DNA from: Clostridia bacterium
Lineage (GTDB): Bacteria; Bacillota; Clostridia; Oscillospirales; CAG-272
DNA length: 64,000 nucleotides
Assembly (NCBI GenBank): GCA_017504785.1
Contig: JAFVQL010000010.1
Coordinates: 25,165 to 89,164 of the forward strand
Direction: 5' to 3'
The first letter of the stretch is position 1. Each line of letters opens with the position of its first letter. The translations under genes and the position numbers were made by a program. The notes under the pieces are model-generated. The model did no database searches and had not been told where the DNA came from. It saw only the letters and a list, made by a program, of their open reading frames with translations. Of the stretch, positions 44,277 to 53,704 are shown one piece after another.

Positions 44277-46379
44277 TCAGCGGCCGCCTTGTTTTTTGTG
44301 CACCGTGTGCATGGAGGCACCCGCGCGCCCCTTATTTTTGTTGCCTTTTGCAACACTGCCACGTCCCATTCGGTCTGCCTCGCGCAAGATCCGCGCGGCA
44401 TCCTCGCCGAATACGCGCGAAAGCTTCGTTTGCTTGCGCTTCACCTCCGCGGCGGTAACGGGCTTCGATCTTGCGCCCTGTCTTGCGTTCTGCGCTGCAG
44501 ACTTTGACCTTGCGTTCTGCGGCGAGGCGCGATGCGATTGCGATTTCTGATAGGGCATATTCTTGCCGCCCTTTCCGAAGGCGGGGCGCACCAGACAATC
44601 CGGCCCCGTGCCGATCAGATCCTCTCTGCCCGCAAGGCGTAGCGCTTCTCTTACGAGATTTGCGTTCTCGGGGCGGCTGAACTGCAGAAGCGCTCTCTGC
44701 AGCTGCTTTTCATGATAATCCGTGGTGACGGGCACGGGCTTCCCCGTCATGGGATGAATGCCCGTATAATACATTACGGTAGAGATCGTTCCCGGCGTGG
44801 GATAAAAATCCTGCACCTGCTCGGGCGAATAGCCCCATTTTTTGAGCCAGACCGCCATTTCCACCGCATCCTTCATTGTGGCACCCGGGTGCGACGACAT
44901 GAGATACGACACGAGATATTGCTCAAGGCCCGCCGCCTTGCATAGCGAAAAATACGTGCCCTTGAACTTTTCAAATACGGAAACGGGCGGCTTGCCCATC
45001 ATGGAAAGCGCACCGTCCGAGCAATGCTCGGGCGCTACCTTCAGCTGTCCCGAAACGTGCCGCTCGACGAGCTGCTTAAAGAAAGAGGTGTCCTTATCGT
45101 AGACAAGGTAATCAAACCTTATGCCCGAGCGCACGAATACCTTTTTCACTCCGGGAACGGCCTCGACCTCACGGAGAAGGCGCGCATATTCGGTGTGATC
45201 CACGACGAGGTTTTTACACGGCGTGGGCGCAAGGCACTTGCGGCGCTCGCACATACCGTTCTTTTGCTGCTGCTCGCAGGAGGGGTAACGAAAATTCGCC
45301 GTCGGACCGCCGACGTCGTTGATATATCCCTTAAAATCATGCATCGCCGCAATGCGATGCGCCTCGGCAACCACGCTCTCCACACTGCGGGAGCGCACCT
45401 CGCGCCCCTGATGAAAGGCGATGGCACAGAAATTGCACGCGCCGAAGCAACCGCGGTTATGCGTGATGGAATGCTTCACCTCGGTGATGGCGGGAACGCC
45501 GCCGAGGGCTTCGTAATCGGGGTGGTACTCGCGCGTAAAGGGCAAGGCGTACACGCGATCCAGCTCCTCGCGCGAAAGCGGGGGCATCGGGGGATTTTGC
45601 ACGAGCATTTTATCTGCGTAATACTCGATCACGGCCTTGCCGCGCACGGAATCCGTGTTGCGGTACTGCGTGGCGAAGGCAGCGGCATACGCCGCTTTAT
45701 CGGTTTTCAGCTCGTCGTAATCCCCGATCGAAACGCTCTCAAAGAAAACGGGATCGCCCTTTTTGGCAAGATACACGCATCCGCGCACGTCACGGATCTT
45801 TCGGATCGGAACACCCTTATCAAGCAGCGCGGCAATGCGAAGGAGAATGTTTTCCCCCATACCGTAGGTCAGAAGATCCGCCCTCGAATCCACGAGGATA
45901 CTGCGGCGCACCCTGTCATCCCAATAATCGTAATGGGCAAAGCGGCGAAGCGATGCCTCGAGGCCGCCGAGAATGATCGGCACGTCGCCGTACGCCTCTC
46001 GGATGCGGTTGGAATAGACGATAACGGCGCGGTCCGGGCGCGCGCCCATCTTACCGCCCGCGCTGTAATAATCGTACGAGCGCCTTTTCTTGGAAACGGT
46101 GTAATGCGCCACCATGGAGTCGATATTGCCCGCCGTTACCAAAAAGCCGAGGCGCGGACGGCCGAAGCGGCGAAAATCCTCACAGCTCTTATAGTCCGGC
46201 TGGGAAAGGATCGCAACCGAAAAGCCCGCCGCCTCTAAAACGCGGCTAATGATCGCAACGCCAAAGGACGGATGATCCACGTACGCATCACCCGTAACAT
46301 ATACAAAATCCACCGTGCCGAGACCTCTTTCTCGCACGTCCGCCATGCTGACGGGGAGAAAATCCTTGCGATCTGCCAT
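44277..46379 (-). CDS. ygiQ: YgiQ-family (UPF0313) radical SAM protein
   Basis: ORF 44277..46388. The likely start is ATG 46379 (MADRKDFLPVSMADV), with AGGAG 8 nt upstream. The radical SAM motif is CFGACNFC. A basic, low-complexity C-terminal tail is present. Confidence 0.9.
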   Translation of the reverse strand: MADRKDFLPVSMADVRERGLGTVDFVYVTGDAYVDHPSFGVAIISRVLEAAGFSVAILSQPDYKSCEDFRRFGRPRLGFLVTAGNIDSMVAHYTVSKKRRSYDYYSAGGKMGARPDRAVIVYSNRIREAYGDVPIILGGLEASLRRFAHYDYWDDRVRRSILVDSRADLLTYGMGENILLRIAALLDKGVPIRKIRDVRGCVYLAKKGDPVFFESVSIGDYDELKTDKAAYAAAFATQYRNTDSVRGKAVIEYYADKMLVQNPPMPPLSREELDRVYALPFTREYHPDYEALGGVPAITEVKHSITHNRGCFGACNFCAIAFHQGREVRSRSVESVVAEAHRIAAMHDFKGYINDVGGPTANFRYPSCEQQQKNGMCERRKCLAPTPCKNLVVDHTEYARLLREVEAVPGVKKVFVRSGIRFDYLVYDKDTSFFKQLVERHVSGQLKVAPEHCSDGALSMMGKPPVSVFEKFKGTYFSLCKAAGLEQYLVSYLMSSHPGATMKDAVEMAVWLKKWGYSPEQVQDFYPTPGTISTVMYYTGIHPMTGKPVPVTTDYHEKQLQRALLQFSRPENANLVREALRLAGREDLIGTGPDCLVRPAFGKGGKNMPYQKSQSHRASPQNARSKSAAQNARQGARSKPVTAAEVKRKQTKLSRVFGEDAARILREADRMGRGSVAKGNKNKGRAGASMHTVHKKQGGR

Positions 46380-46491
46380 AGCCGCCACTCCTTTTTAACA
46401 AAAAAATGGAATATGTTTTTAAGGACAGAAACCGTCCGAGAGGTATCTCACGGGCGGCTTCTATTCAATATTTGCAAACAATTGTTTTCAT

Positions 46492-47736
46492 TTAGATGGA
46501 AAACGAAGCAAGCTCGACCTCGCTCTGCGTACCATCTTTCATATTGCGGAGCTGTGCCTTCCCGCACTCGATCTCGCTATCGCCGAGAATCAGAGTGTAC
46601 GCCGCGCCGATCTTATTGGCATATTTCATCTGTGCCTTCAGGCTTCTGCCAACGACGTCGCACTCACAGAAAACACCGCTTCTGCGAAGTCTTTCCGTGA
46701 TGGCCTGCGCCTCGATGGAGGCCGCATCGCCGAGCGCCGCAATGTAAAGACGGGGTGCATTTTCCTTAATTTCCTTATCGAGCCCCTGCTCCTTCATCGC
46801 AAGCAGAACGCGGGTGATACCCATGCCGAAGCCGATGCCGGGAAGCGCAGGACCGCCGATGGACTCCACGAGTCCGTTATAACGGCCGCCGCCGCAAACC
46901 GTGGACTGCGCGCCGATGCCCTCGGCAATAAACTCAAACACCGTGCCGGTGTAATAATCGAGACCTCTCACGATGCCGGAATCGATCTCGTACGGCACGT
47001 CCATTTTGTCGAGCGCGGCCGTCAGCGTCTTAAACTTTTTCTCGCAATCCTCGCAAAGGTGGTCCACCGTTTTGGGCGCGTTTTTCGCAAGCGCGGCGCA
47101 GGGAGGATTCTTGCAGTCGAGAAGTCTTAAGGGATTCTTATCAAGGCGCTCCTTGCAGGTATCGCAGATCTCTCCCTTATGCGCGGTATAATAATCCACG
47201 AGTGCCGCACGGTAGCCGGGGCGGCAGGTGGGGCAACCGATCGAATTGATATGCAGCTTCACGTTCTTAAGCCCGAGGCGGCGAAGCACCGAGGAGGCAA
47301 GCGCAATGACCGTAGCGTCTGCGGCAGGACTGTCCGAGCCGAACATCTCGGTTCCGAACTGGAAGAACTCGCGGCTTCTGCCTGCCTGCGGCTTTTCGTG
47401 GCGGAAGCAGGAAATGATATAGTAATACTTTAAGGGCATGGTCTCGCTGTAACGGCCGTTTTCGATCAGCGCACGCGCGACCGAAGCCGTTCCCTCGGGG
47501 CGAAGGGAGATCGAGCGGTTCTCATCTCTGTCCGCAAAGGTATACATTTCCTTCTGCACCACGTCCGTCGTATCACCGACGCCGCGGACGAAAAGCTCGG
47601 TATTTTCAAAGGTGGGCGTTCGGATCTCTCCGAAGCCGTAGCGCGCGGCCTCCTCGCGCATGATACCCTCCATATAGCGAAAAAGCACGGTATCCTCGGG
47701 GAAGAGGTCCATCGTTCCTTTAATTTTCTGAATCAT
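46492..47736 (-). CDS. hisS: Histidine--tRNA ligase
   Basis: 414 aa. Motifs: IKGTMD, FRHEKPQAGRSREF, CGGGRYNGL. Confidence 0.96.
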   Translation of the reverse strand: MIQKIKGTMDLFPEDTVLFRYMEGIMREEAARYGFGEIRTPTFENTELFVRGVGDTTDVVQKEMYTFADRDENRSISLRPEGTASVARALIENGRYSETMPLKYYYIISCFRHEKPQAGRSREFFQFGTEMFGSDSPAADATVIALASSVLRRLGLKNVKLHINSIGCPTCRPGYRAALVDYYTAHKGEICDTCKERLDKNPLRLLDCKNPPCAALAKNAPKTVDHLCEDCEKKFKTLTAALDKMDVPYEIDSGIVRGLDYYTGTVFEFIAEGIGAQSTVCGGGRYNGLVESIGGPALPGIGFGMGITRVLLAMKEQGLDKEIKENAPRLYIAALGDAASIEAQAITERLRRSGVFCECDVVGRSLKAQMKYANKIGAAYTLILGDSEIECGKAQLRNMKDGTQSEVELASFSI

Positions 47737-48130
47737 TTATGTTTTCCTCCTTGTGCGCTTCCTTCATCAAGCAAAGAAGCCTTTCTTCATCCTTCAGATA
47801 ATAGAGCATACCGATCAGCGCCTCAAACCCCGTGGCGTACCGATAATCCGTCGCCGTTGCTCCTTTGGGGCGGTGGGGATGCGAAGCATTGGCCGCACGG
47901 CGAAAAACGCCTGCCTCATCCTCCGTGAGATACGGGAGCAGGCGGCGCATACGCTCGGCCTGCTTCTTTGCCGTGACGAAGGAAAGAGCCGCTTCGTTCA
48001 GCTGACCGGGCTTTTCGATGCCCGCATCGATCAAAAGGCGGCGCACGTAAAGAGAATACCACGCATCCCCGAGATAGGCAAGCACTGCCCCCGAGGGTAG
48101 ATTCGCCCCCACGATCCTCTGCTCTTGCAT
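47720..48130 (-). CDS. mrnC: Mini-ribonuclease 3 (Mini-III)
   Basis: 136 aa. Motifs: LAYLGDAWYSLYVR and ATGFEALIG. It overlaps the hisS start by 17 nt. Confidence 0.88.
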   Translation of the reverse strand: MQEQRIVGANLPSGAVLAYLGDAWYSLYVRRLLIDAGIEKPGQLNEAALSFVTAKKQAERMRRLLPYLTEDEAGVFRRAANASHPHRPKGATATDYRYATGFEALIGMLYYLKDEERLLCLMKEAHKEENINDSEN

Positions 48131-48171
48131 CCGAAAATCTCCCTTTTTTCCAAAGTTTTTTTACTCTTCGT

Positions 48172-48200
48172 ATTATAGCATATTTTTCATACAAAATCAA
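48172..48200 (-). promoter_or_regulatory. Promoter of mrnC-hisS
   Basis: Minus strand reads TTGATT (48200..48195), 17-nt spacer, TGcTATAAT (-10 at 48177..48172). It shares the 13-mer AATATGCTATAAT with the divergent yggS promoter. Confidence 0.6.
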
Positions 48201-48258
48201 GGTCTTACGGGGAGATTTATTTTTTTATTCCCTATTAAAAAATATTTTAGAATAGGTA

Positions 48259-48288
48259 TTGCTTTTGTCGGCGAGAATATGCTATAAT
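48259..48288 (+). promoter_or_regulatory. Promoter of yggS-sepF-yggT
   Basis: TTGCTT (48259-48264), 18-nt spacer, TGcTATAAT (-10 at 48283-48288). Confidence 0.6.
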
Positions 48289-48322
48289 TATATGTAAACA
48301 TATCAGAGTGCAAGAGGACGCT

Positions 48323-49027
48323 ATGCAAAGCTTTGAAAATTTCTCATACATCAAGAAAAACTACGAAGAGCTGAAGGGCGAGATCGATGCGCTGGCAAAA
48401 AAACTCGGCCGCCCGCCCGTGACGCTGGTCTGCGTGACCAAAAGCGGAACGGATGAAGAGCTTTTGGCGCTCGCGCATTTCGGCGCGACGGATATGGGAG
48501 AAAACCGCCCTCAGGAAGCATCCAGAAGAAAAGAGCTTCTTTCGGAAAACGGCTTTTCTACCGTGATGCACGAGATCGGAAACCTGCAGACCAACAAGGT
48601 AAAGCTGATCGCAGACAAGTGCGCTCTGATCCATTCGCTCGACTCGCTTTCGCTCGCCAAGGAGATCGATAAGCAGGCAAAAAAGCTGGGGAGAAAGATC
48701 CCCGTTCTGATCGAGATCAACAGCGGCCGCGAGGAAAACAAGGGCGGCATTCTCCCCGAGGATGCGCTCGCCTTCTGCGAGAGCATCAGAGAATTCGAGG
48801 GACTCGCGCTTTACGGCGTGATGACCATGGGGCCAAACCTCGAAGCAAGCGAGGAATACCGCCCCTACTTTAAGGAAACCAAAAAAATTTTTGACACGAT
48901 CGGCACGCGCTACGGTTACGCTACCGAGTCCCCCGTTCTCTCTATGGGAATGAGCGACAGCTACGTGACTGCCATCGAAGAGGGCGCAACGCTCGTGCGC
49001 GTCGGTCGGCGACTTTTTAAAAAGTAA
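48323..49027 (+). CDS. yggS: YggS/YlmE-family pyridoxal-phosphate homeostasis protein
   Basis: ORF 48308..49027. I prefer ATG 48323, which has AGAGGA upstream. Motifs: VCVTKSG (PLP lysine), HEIGNLQTNKV, SMGMSDSY. Confidence 0.9.
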   Translation: MQSFENFSYIKKNYEELKGEIDALAKKLGRPPVTLVCVTKSGTDEELLALAHFGATDMGENRPQEASRRKELLSENGFSTVMHEIGNLQTNKVKLIADKCALIHSLDSLSLAKEIDKQAKKLGRKIPVLIEINSGREENKGGILPEDALAFCESIREFEGLALYGVMTMGPNLEASEEYRPYFKETKKIFDTIGTRYGYATESPVLSMGMSDSYVTAIEEGATLVRVGRRLFKK

Positions 49028-49039
49028 AGGAGAAGAGAA

Positions 49040-49432
49040 ATGTTTGAAAAATGGGCTGACAAATTAAAGGAAAAGACCAGAGAGCAGGAGGAGATCTCCT
49101 TCAAGAGCTTTGACGAGACCACGGCCGCACCCAAGGCGATCCCCGAAGAACCGAAGGCGATCAAGACCACCTCGACCGGCAAGGACAGCAACATTGAGCT
49201 GAAGGTCGTGCACCCCGAATCCTTCGCGGAGGTGAGCGACATTGCGGACTATCTTCTGGACGGCTGCACCGTCATTTTGAATCTTGAGCTTTTCGATCCC
49301 GCAAGCACCCTTCGCATGCTCGACTTCCTCAACGGCGTTACCTATTCCACCGGAGGCGACATCAAGCAGGTGGCACAGGGAACGTACATCATCACCCCCC
49401 ACAACGTGGACGTCACGGGTGAGGATGCCTAA
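49040..49432 (+). CDS. sepF: Cell division protein SepF
   Basis: 130 aa. The core ELKVVHPESFAEVSDIADYLLDGCTVILNLE...DFLNGVTYSTGGDIKQV is SepF-like, and the gene lies in yggS-sepF-yggT synteny. Confidence 0.9.
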   Translation: MFEKWADKLKEKTREQEEISFKSFDETTAAPKAIPEEPKAIKTTSTGKDSNIELKVVHPESFAEVSDIADYLLDGCTVILNLELFDPASTLRMLDFLNGVTYSTGGDIKQVAQGTYIITPHNVDVTGEDA

Positions 49433-49468
49433 ATCCCGAATTCCTACAACCCATAAAAGAGGTGCACC

Positions 49469-49744
49469 TTGTTAAGCATACTGATCGTTTTTTCAAAATG
49501 CATTTCCCTGCTTTTATCGGCCGTTTCTCTTTGCATGCTGGTGCGAATGATCCTTTCGTTCTTCCCCTCCATGCAGGACAGCCGCGTGGGTGTTTTTACA
49601 ACAGTGGTGACCGAGCCGTTCGTTATCCCCGTGCGCGCCCTGCTGTATAAATTCAACGTGGGGCAAGACTCGCCGATCGATTGGGCATTTTCGCTGACTT
49701 ATATCCTTATCTACATCGTGCAACTGTTTTTACCCGTGGTGTAA
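49469..49744 (+). CDS. yggT: YggT-family membrane protein
   Basis: 91 aa from a TTG start with AGAGGTG upstream. It has two TM helices and the typical ...EPFVIPVR... motif. Confidence 0.82.
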   Translation: MLSILIVFSKCISLLLSAVSLCMLVRMILSFFPSMQDSRVGVFTTVVTEPFVIPVRALLYKFNVGQDSPIDWAFSLTYILIYIVQLFLPVV

Positions 49745-49845
49745 CGGCGCGAAATAAAAACAAAAACGGTCAGGAGCTTATGCGTCCCGACCGTTCTTTA
49801 ACGATTGTATATTATCTCGAAAAGAGTGTCTTACAGAGGAAGATC

Positions 49846-50340
49846 ATGAAAATCAAAAAGCTTTCTACCTTTGAATACCTGCTTTATATCGGCATTGTCG
49901 CCGTCGGCATCCTGCTTGACCAGCTAACCAAACGGCTCGCGGTGAAATTCCTTCTCCCGATCGACACCGTGCCGATCATCCGCGATGCTTTGCATCTGAC
50001 GTACGCGGAGAACCGCGGCGCGGCCTTCGGCATACTGGCGAACAGCCGCTGGGTATTCCTCATCATCTCCACCGCGGCGATCCTTGCCATGGCCTTCTAT
50101 CTTTTCTCCGGGCTTTCCGAGGGAAGGCTTGCGGGCATCGCGCTCTCCATGCTGATCGCGGGCGGCATCGGCAATATGATCGACCGCATCGCACTCGGCT
50201 ACGTAGTGGATTTCATTGACTTTCGCCTGATCAACTTCGCGATCTTCAACGGCGCGGATTCCTTCGTTTGCATAGGTGCAGGGCTTTTGATCCTTGCGCT
50301 CTTGCGCGACGTTATCCGAGAAGGAAAGGAAAAGGGCTGA
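49846..50340 (+). CDS. lspA: Lipoprotein signal peptidase (signal peptidase II)
   Basis: ORF 49681..50340. I moved the start to ATG 49846 (MKIKKLSTFEYLLYIGIV). Motifs: YAENRGAAFG, GGIGNMIDR, VVDFIDF. Confidence 0.92.
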   Translation: MKIKKLSTFEYLLYIGIVAVGILLDQLTKRLAVKFLLPIDTVPIIRDALHLTYAENRGAAFGILANSRWVFLIISTAAILAMAFYLFSGLSEGRLAGIALSMLIAGGIGNMIDRIALGYVVDFIDFRLINFAIFNGADSFVCIGAGLLILALLRDVIREGKEKG

Positions 50341-50341
50341 T

Positions 50342-51277
50342 ATGGAACTGACCGTGAAGGACAGCGGCGCGCGCCTCGATTCTTTCATCGCGGCAAGCAC
50401 CGAGCTTTCCCGCAGTGCGGCCGCAAGGCTTTGCGAGGAGGGTGCCGTCACCGTCAACGGCAAGGTACAGAACAAAAAATACGCCGTTCGCGAGGGTGAC
50501 GCAATCGAAATTCAGATCCCCGAGGCCGTGCCGACCGAGGCAAAGCCCGAAAACATACCGCTCGACGTCGTTTACGAGGATGAGGACATTATCGTTATCA
50601 ACAAGCCCTCGGGTATGGTGGTGCATCCCGCGCCCGGAAACTATGAGGGAACGCTCGTGAACGCACTTCTCTACCACTGTGAGGGCGCGCTTTCCGGCAT
50701 CGGCGGCGAGATCCGCCCCGGCATCGTGCATAGAATCGATAAGGATACGAGCGGCCTTTTGGTGGTTGCGAAGAACGACCGCGCACACCGCGCGCTCGCA
50801 GAGCAGCTGGAGGGGCATCGCATCGTCAGAGAATATCACGCGCTCGTCACGGGCGGCTTTCGCGAGGACAGCGGCACAGTCAGCAAATGGATCGGTCGGC
50901 ATCCCGTGGATCGCAAGAAAATGGCCGTTCTGCCGGAGGGGGCAAGCGGCGCAAAGGATGCCGTGACGCATTACGAGGTACTCGCGCGCTTCGGCGAGGT
51001 GTCGTATATAAAGCTGCATCTCGAAACCGGCCGCACGCACCAGATCCGCGTGCACATGGCGTCTCTCGGGCATCCTCTGCTGGGTGACGAGGTATACGGC
51101 GGCGGGAAAACGCGCTTCGAAAAGGCACATAAAAATCTCTTTGACGGCCAGGCACTGCACGCAAAAAGACTCTCCTTTTTGCATCCGACAAGAGGTGTGC
51201 GCGTTTCTTACGAATGCCCCTTGCCCGAAAATTTTGAAAAAGCGCTCTCGCTTTTAAAAAAAGAAGCGGAAAAATGA
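50342..51277 (+). CDS. rluD: 23S rRNA pseudouridine synthase, RluD subfamily
   Basis: ORF 50294..51277. I moved the start to ATG 50342 (MELTVKDSGARLD). It has an S4 domain and the catalytic motif HRIDKDTSGLLVVAK. Confidence 0.92.
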   Translation: MELTVKDSGARLDSFIAASTELSRSAAARLCEEGAVTVNGKVQNKKYAVREGDAIEIQIPEAVPTEAKPENIPLDVVYEDEDIIVINKPSGMVVHPAPGNYEGTLVNALLYHCEGALSGIGGEIRPGIVHRIDKDTSGLLVVAKNDRAHRALAEQLEGHRIVREYHALVTGGFREDSGTVSKWIGRHPVDRKKMAVLPEGASGAKDAVTHYEVLARFGEVSYIKLHLETGRTHQIRVHMASLGHPLLGDEVYGGGKTRFEKAHKNLFDGQALHAKRLSFLHPTRGVRVSYECPLPENFEKALSLLKKEAEK

Positions 51278-51303
51278 GCGTTTTTGAATATAATTGTTTA
51301 CAA

Positions 51304-51340
51304 AAACAGCCGTCCAAAAAGCGAACGGCTGTTTTTCTTT
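51304..51340 (+). terminator. Terminator after rluD
   Basis: Stem AAACAGCCGT / ACGGCTGTTT followed by TTCTTTC. Confidence 0.8.
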
Positions 51341-51458
51341 CTACCTTGTCGAAAAAAGCACGCGAGGGATCTTCGCGCATACCGCGCCCCAAAAAAGCAG
51401 GATCTATATTCTTAAGGTCTATTTTGAGCGCAATTTTCTCTTATCTTTACGCATCGTA

Positions 51459-51487
51459 TTGACAAGCAAAGAAGCTTGTAGTACAAT
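51459..51487 (+). promoter_or_regulatory. Promoter of the second RluA-family gene
   Basis: TTGACA (51459-51464), 17-nt spacer, TACAAT (51482-51487). Confidence 0.7.
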
Positions 51488-51573
51488 GAGAATAAACACG
51501 CTTCGTTTATTTTAAGAGCTTCAAGAACGTTTCGCACCGATCGGCGGCTGCGAAGGAAAGGGGACACAGAGCG

Positions 51574-52455
51574 ATGCAAAAGAGCACGGAGCTTTTCACT
51601 TTTTCCGAGGATGGATCGCGCATGCTTCACACGGTGCAGGGGCTTTCTCTTCCGATACGGATCTCGGAATATCTGGGAGCGCACCTTTCACTTTCGGTCA
51701 CGCTCATCAAGCGCATCAAATACGGCGGCGTTTTTCTTAATGGCGAGAACGTGCACATGCGCGCCGAGGTGAAAAACGGCGACGAAATTGAGATCCTCTT
51801 CCCCGAAGAAAAAAGCGAGGGCATCCCGCCGATCGATCTGCCGCTTGCGGTGCTATACGAGGACGCGCATCTTTTGGCAGTCTGCAAGCCGAAGAATATG
51901 CCAACGCACCCCTCGAAGGGCAATTCCCTGCCGACGCTTGCAAACGCCGTGATGCACTACTACGGAAAGAATTTCGTTTTTCGCGCGGTCACAAGGCTTG
52001 ACAGAGATACCTCGGGCATCGTGCTGATCGCGAAAACGCAGTATGCCGCGGCAAAGCTTTCCGAGGATATGAAGGCGGGGCGCTTCGGCAAGATCTATAC
52101 CGCTGTGGTGAAGGGCGTACCCGATCCAAAGGGCGGGCACATCGATGCCCCCATACGGCGCGAGGCAGAGGGCTCGATGAAGCGCATCGTGGCACCCGAC
52201 GGAAAAAGCGCTTTGACGGAATATCGCACGCTCTGCGTGCGCGAGGACGGCAATGCCGTTCTCTCCGTTCGCCTTTATACGGGGCGCACGCATCAGATCC
52301 GCGTGCATCTTTCGCATATCGGGCATCCGCTTCTCGGAGATTTTCTATACGGAGAAAAGAATGAGGAAGGGTATCTTCTGCACTGCACAAAAATGGAGCT
52401 TCCGCATCCGATCACGGGAGAAATGCTAATTATAGTTAGCGATCCGCCGTTTTGA
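51574..52455 (+). CDS. RluA-family pseudouridine synthase (second paralogue)
   Basis: 293 aa with an S4-like N-terminus, the catalytic motif TRLDRDTSGIVLIAK, and GRTHQIRVHL. Confidence 0.9.
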   Translation: MQKSTELFTFSEDGSRMLHTVQGLSLPIRISEYLGAHLSLSVTLIKRIKYGGVFLNGENVHMRAEVKNGDEIEILFPEEKSEGIPPIDLPLAVLYEDAHLLAVCKPKNMPTHPSKGNSLPTLANAVMHYYGKNFVFRAVTRLDRDTSGIVLIAKTQYAAAKLSEDMKAGRFGKIYTAVVKGVPDPKGGHIDAPIRREAEGSMKRIVAPDGKSALTEYRTLCVREDGNAVLSVRLYTGRTHQIRVHLSHIGHPLLGDFLYGEKNEEGYLLHCTKMELPHPITGEMLIIVSDPPF

Positions 52456-52487
52456 GCGAGGCTCAAAAAGCAAAACAACAAAACCAA

Positions 52488-52697
52488 GGGGCGAACGGAT
52501 TTAGAGCAGAAATTTTCGGCTGACGAGCGATAATTGTACAAGAGTACAATGAGCGAGGAAACGGAAATAGAATAAAAAACTTTTGATTAAATGGAGAAAA
52601 CCGCAGGTTTTCAACCTTAATACTTTTAAATTTGCATAAAGCAACGGCAGAAACACTGTTTTTCAACAATGCTTCTGCCGTTTTTTATTCGGTTATA
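52488..52697 (+). ncRNA. Candidate structured RNA / modular intergenic element, copy B
   Basis: Homologous to 10064-10262. P1 is ATTGTAC-aaga-GTACAAT (52533-52550). P2 is GAAAACC-gca-GGTTTTC (52596-52612). The terminator stem is GGCAGAA.../...TTCTGCC (52646-52679), followed by the same GTTTTTTATTCGGTTAT tail. It starts 33 nt after the RluA-family stop codon. Confidence 0.5.
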
Positions 52698-52843
52698 ATC
52701 AAGCGAAGCATATCTGCAAGCTTGCTTGCAAGTATGCGAGCGCAGATTGCTCGCGAGAGTATTCGCTTCCAGCGAATGTAGCACGCAGTGCCCGCCTTGG
52801 CGGTTCTCTCGCGATATGAGTATGCCTAAATACGACAGCCCCA

Positions 52844-53704
52844 TTAGAGCACCTTGGAAAGGAAATCCTTGAGCCTTGCATCCTTGGGGTTTCCAAAGAG
52901 CTCTGCGGGAGATCCTTCTTCCTTGATCTTGCCCTCGTCCATAAACAGAACGCGGTCTGCCACCTCGCGGGCAAAGCCCATCTCGTGGGTGACGATCACC
53001 ATCGTCATACCCTCCTTTGCGAGCTGCTTCATAAGATCCAATACCTCGCCGACCATCTCGGGGTCCAAAGCGGAGGTAGGCTCGTCAAAGAGGATCACCT
53101 CGGGATTCATTGCAAGAGCGCGCACAATCGCAATTCTCTGCTTCTGACCGCCCGAAAGCGTGGAGGGATATACGTTTGCTTTTTCTTCAAGGCCGATGCG
53201 GCGAAGAAGCGACATTGCATTCTCCTCGGCCTTGGCCTTGATCTCGGCCTCGGTCGTTTCGAGCGGAAGGAGCGCCTTTTTCTCTTTCTTAAAAAGGTTT
53301 GCAAGCCTGATAAAGAAATTCTTTCTCTTCTTTGCTCTCAAGTCTCTTACGCCGACGTAAACCGGTGCGAGCATAATGTTTTCTTTTACGGTTTTGTTAT
53401 TAAACAGATTGAACTGCTGGAACACCATGCCGATGTGCTCGCGATGCTTGTTGATATTGACGCTCATGTCGGCAATATCCACACCGTCGAAGATGATCGA
53501 GCCGCCCGAGGGGTCCTCCATGCAGTTGATGCAACGAAGGAAGGTGGATTTACCGCATCCCGAAGGGCCGATGATGGCAATCTGCTCACCGTCGCGGATA
53601 TCAAGGTCAACGCCGCGAAGAACCTCGAGATTGCCGAATTTTTTTGTTAAGCCTCTGACAGACAAAACCGTTTTATTTAAAGCCATTTCTTTTTCCATGA
53701 TCAT
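52844..53704 (-). CDS. Amino-acid ABC transporter ATP-binding protein (GlnQ-like) with a ~34-aa basic insertion
   Basis: 286 aa. It has [24 protein letters not shown] and [11 protein letters not shown], and forms an ATGA overlap with the permease stop. The insertion [34 protein letters not shown] lies between the Q-loop region and the signature motif. Confidence 0.92.
   Translation of the reverse strand: MIMEKEMALNKTVLSVRGLTKKFGNLEVLRGVDLDIRDGEQIAIIGPSGCGKSTFLRCINCMEDPSGGSIIFDGVDIADMSVNINKHREHIGMVFQQFNLFNNKTVKENIMLAPVYVGVRDLRAKKRKNFFIRLANLFKKEKKALLPLETTEAEIKAKAEENAMSLLRRIGLEEKANVYPSTLSGGQKQRIAIVRALAMNPEVILFDEPTSALDPEMVGEVLDLMKQLAKEGMTMVIVTHEMGFAREVADRVLFMDEGKIKEEGSPAELFGNPKDARLKDFLSKVL

Noticed and set aside
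43846-44550. ORFs 43846..44085 (-), 44008..44550 (+) and 44057..44458 (+) in the pcrA-ygiQ gap
   Set aside because: They have no RBS, start at GTG/TTG codons lying inside DnaA boxes, and give low-complexity Phe/Cys/Arg-rich translations. One also overlaps the real ygiQ 3' end in antisense. The region is better explained as regulatory DNA.
48131-48322. Looked for a T-box leader upstream of hisS
   Set aside because: hisS overlaps mrnC and is co-transcribed from a promoter only ~45 nt upstream of mrnC, which leaves no room for a ~200-nt T-box leader.
52520-52562. Hammerhead-ribozyme-like string CUGACGAG...stem...GGAAAC in copy B of the intergenic element
   Set aside because: Copy A has CUAACGAC at the same place, which loses the essential G5. 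Stem II is not closed next to the GAAA as the core requires, and there is no matching stem I/III or cleavage-site context. I treat the resemblance as coincidental.
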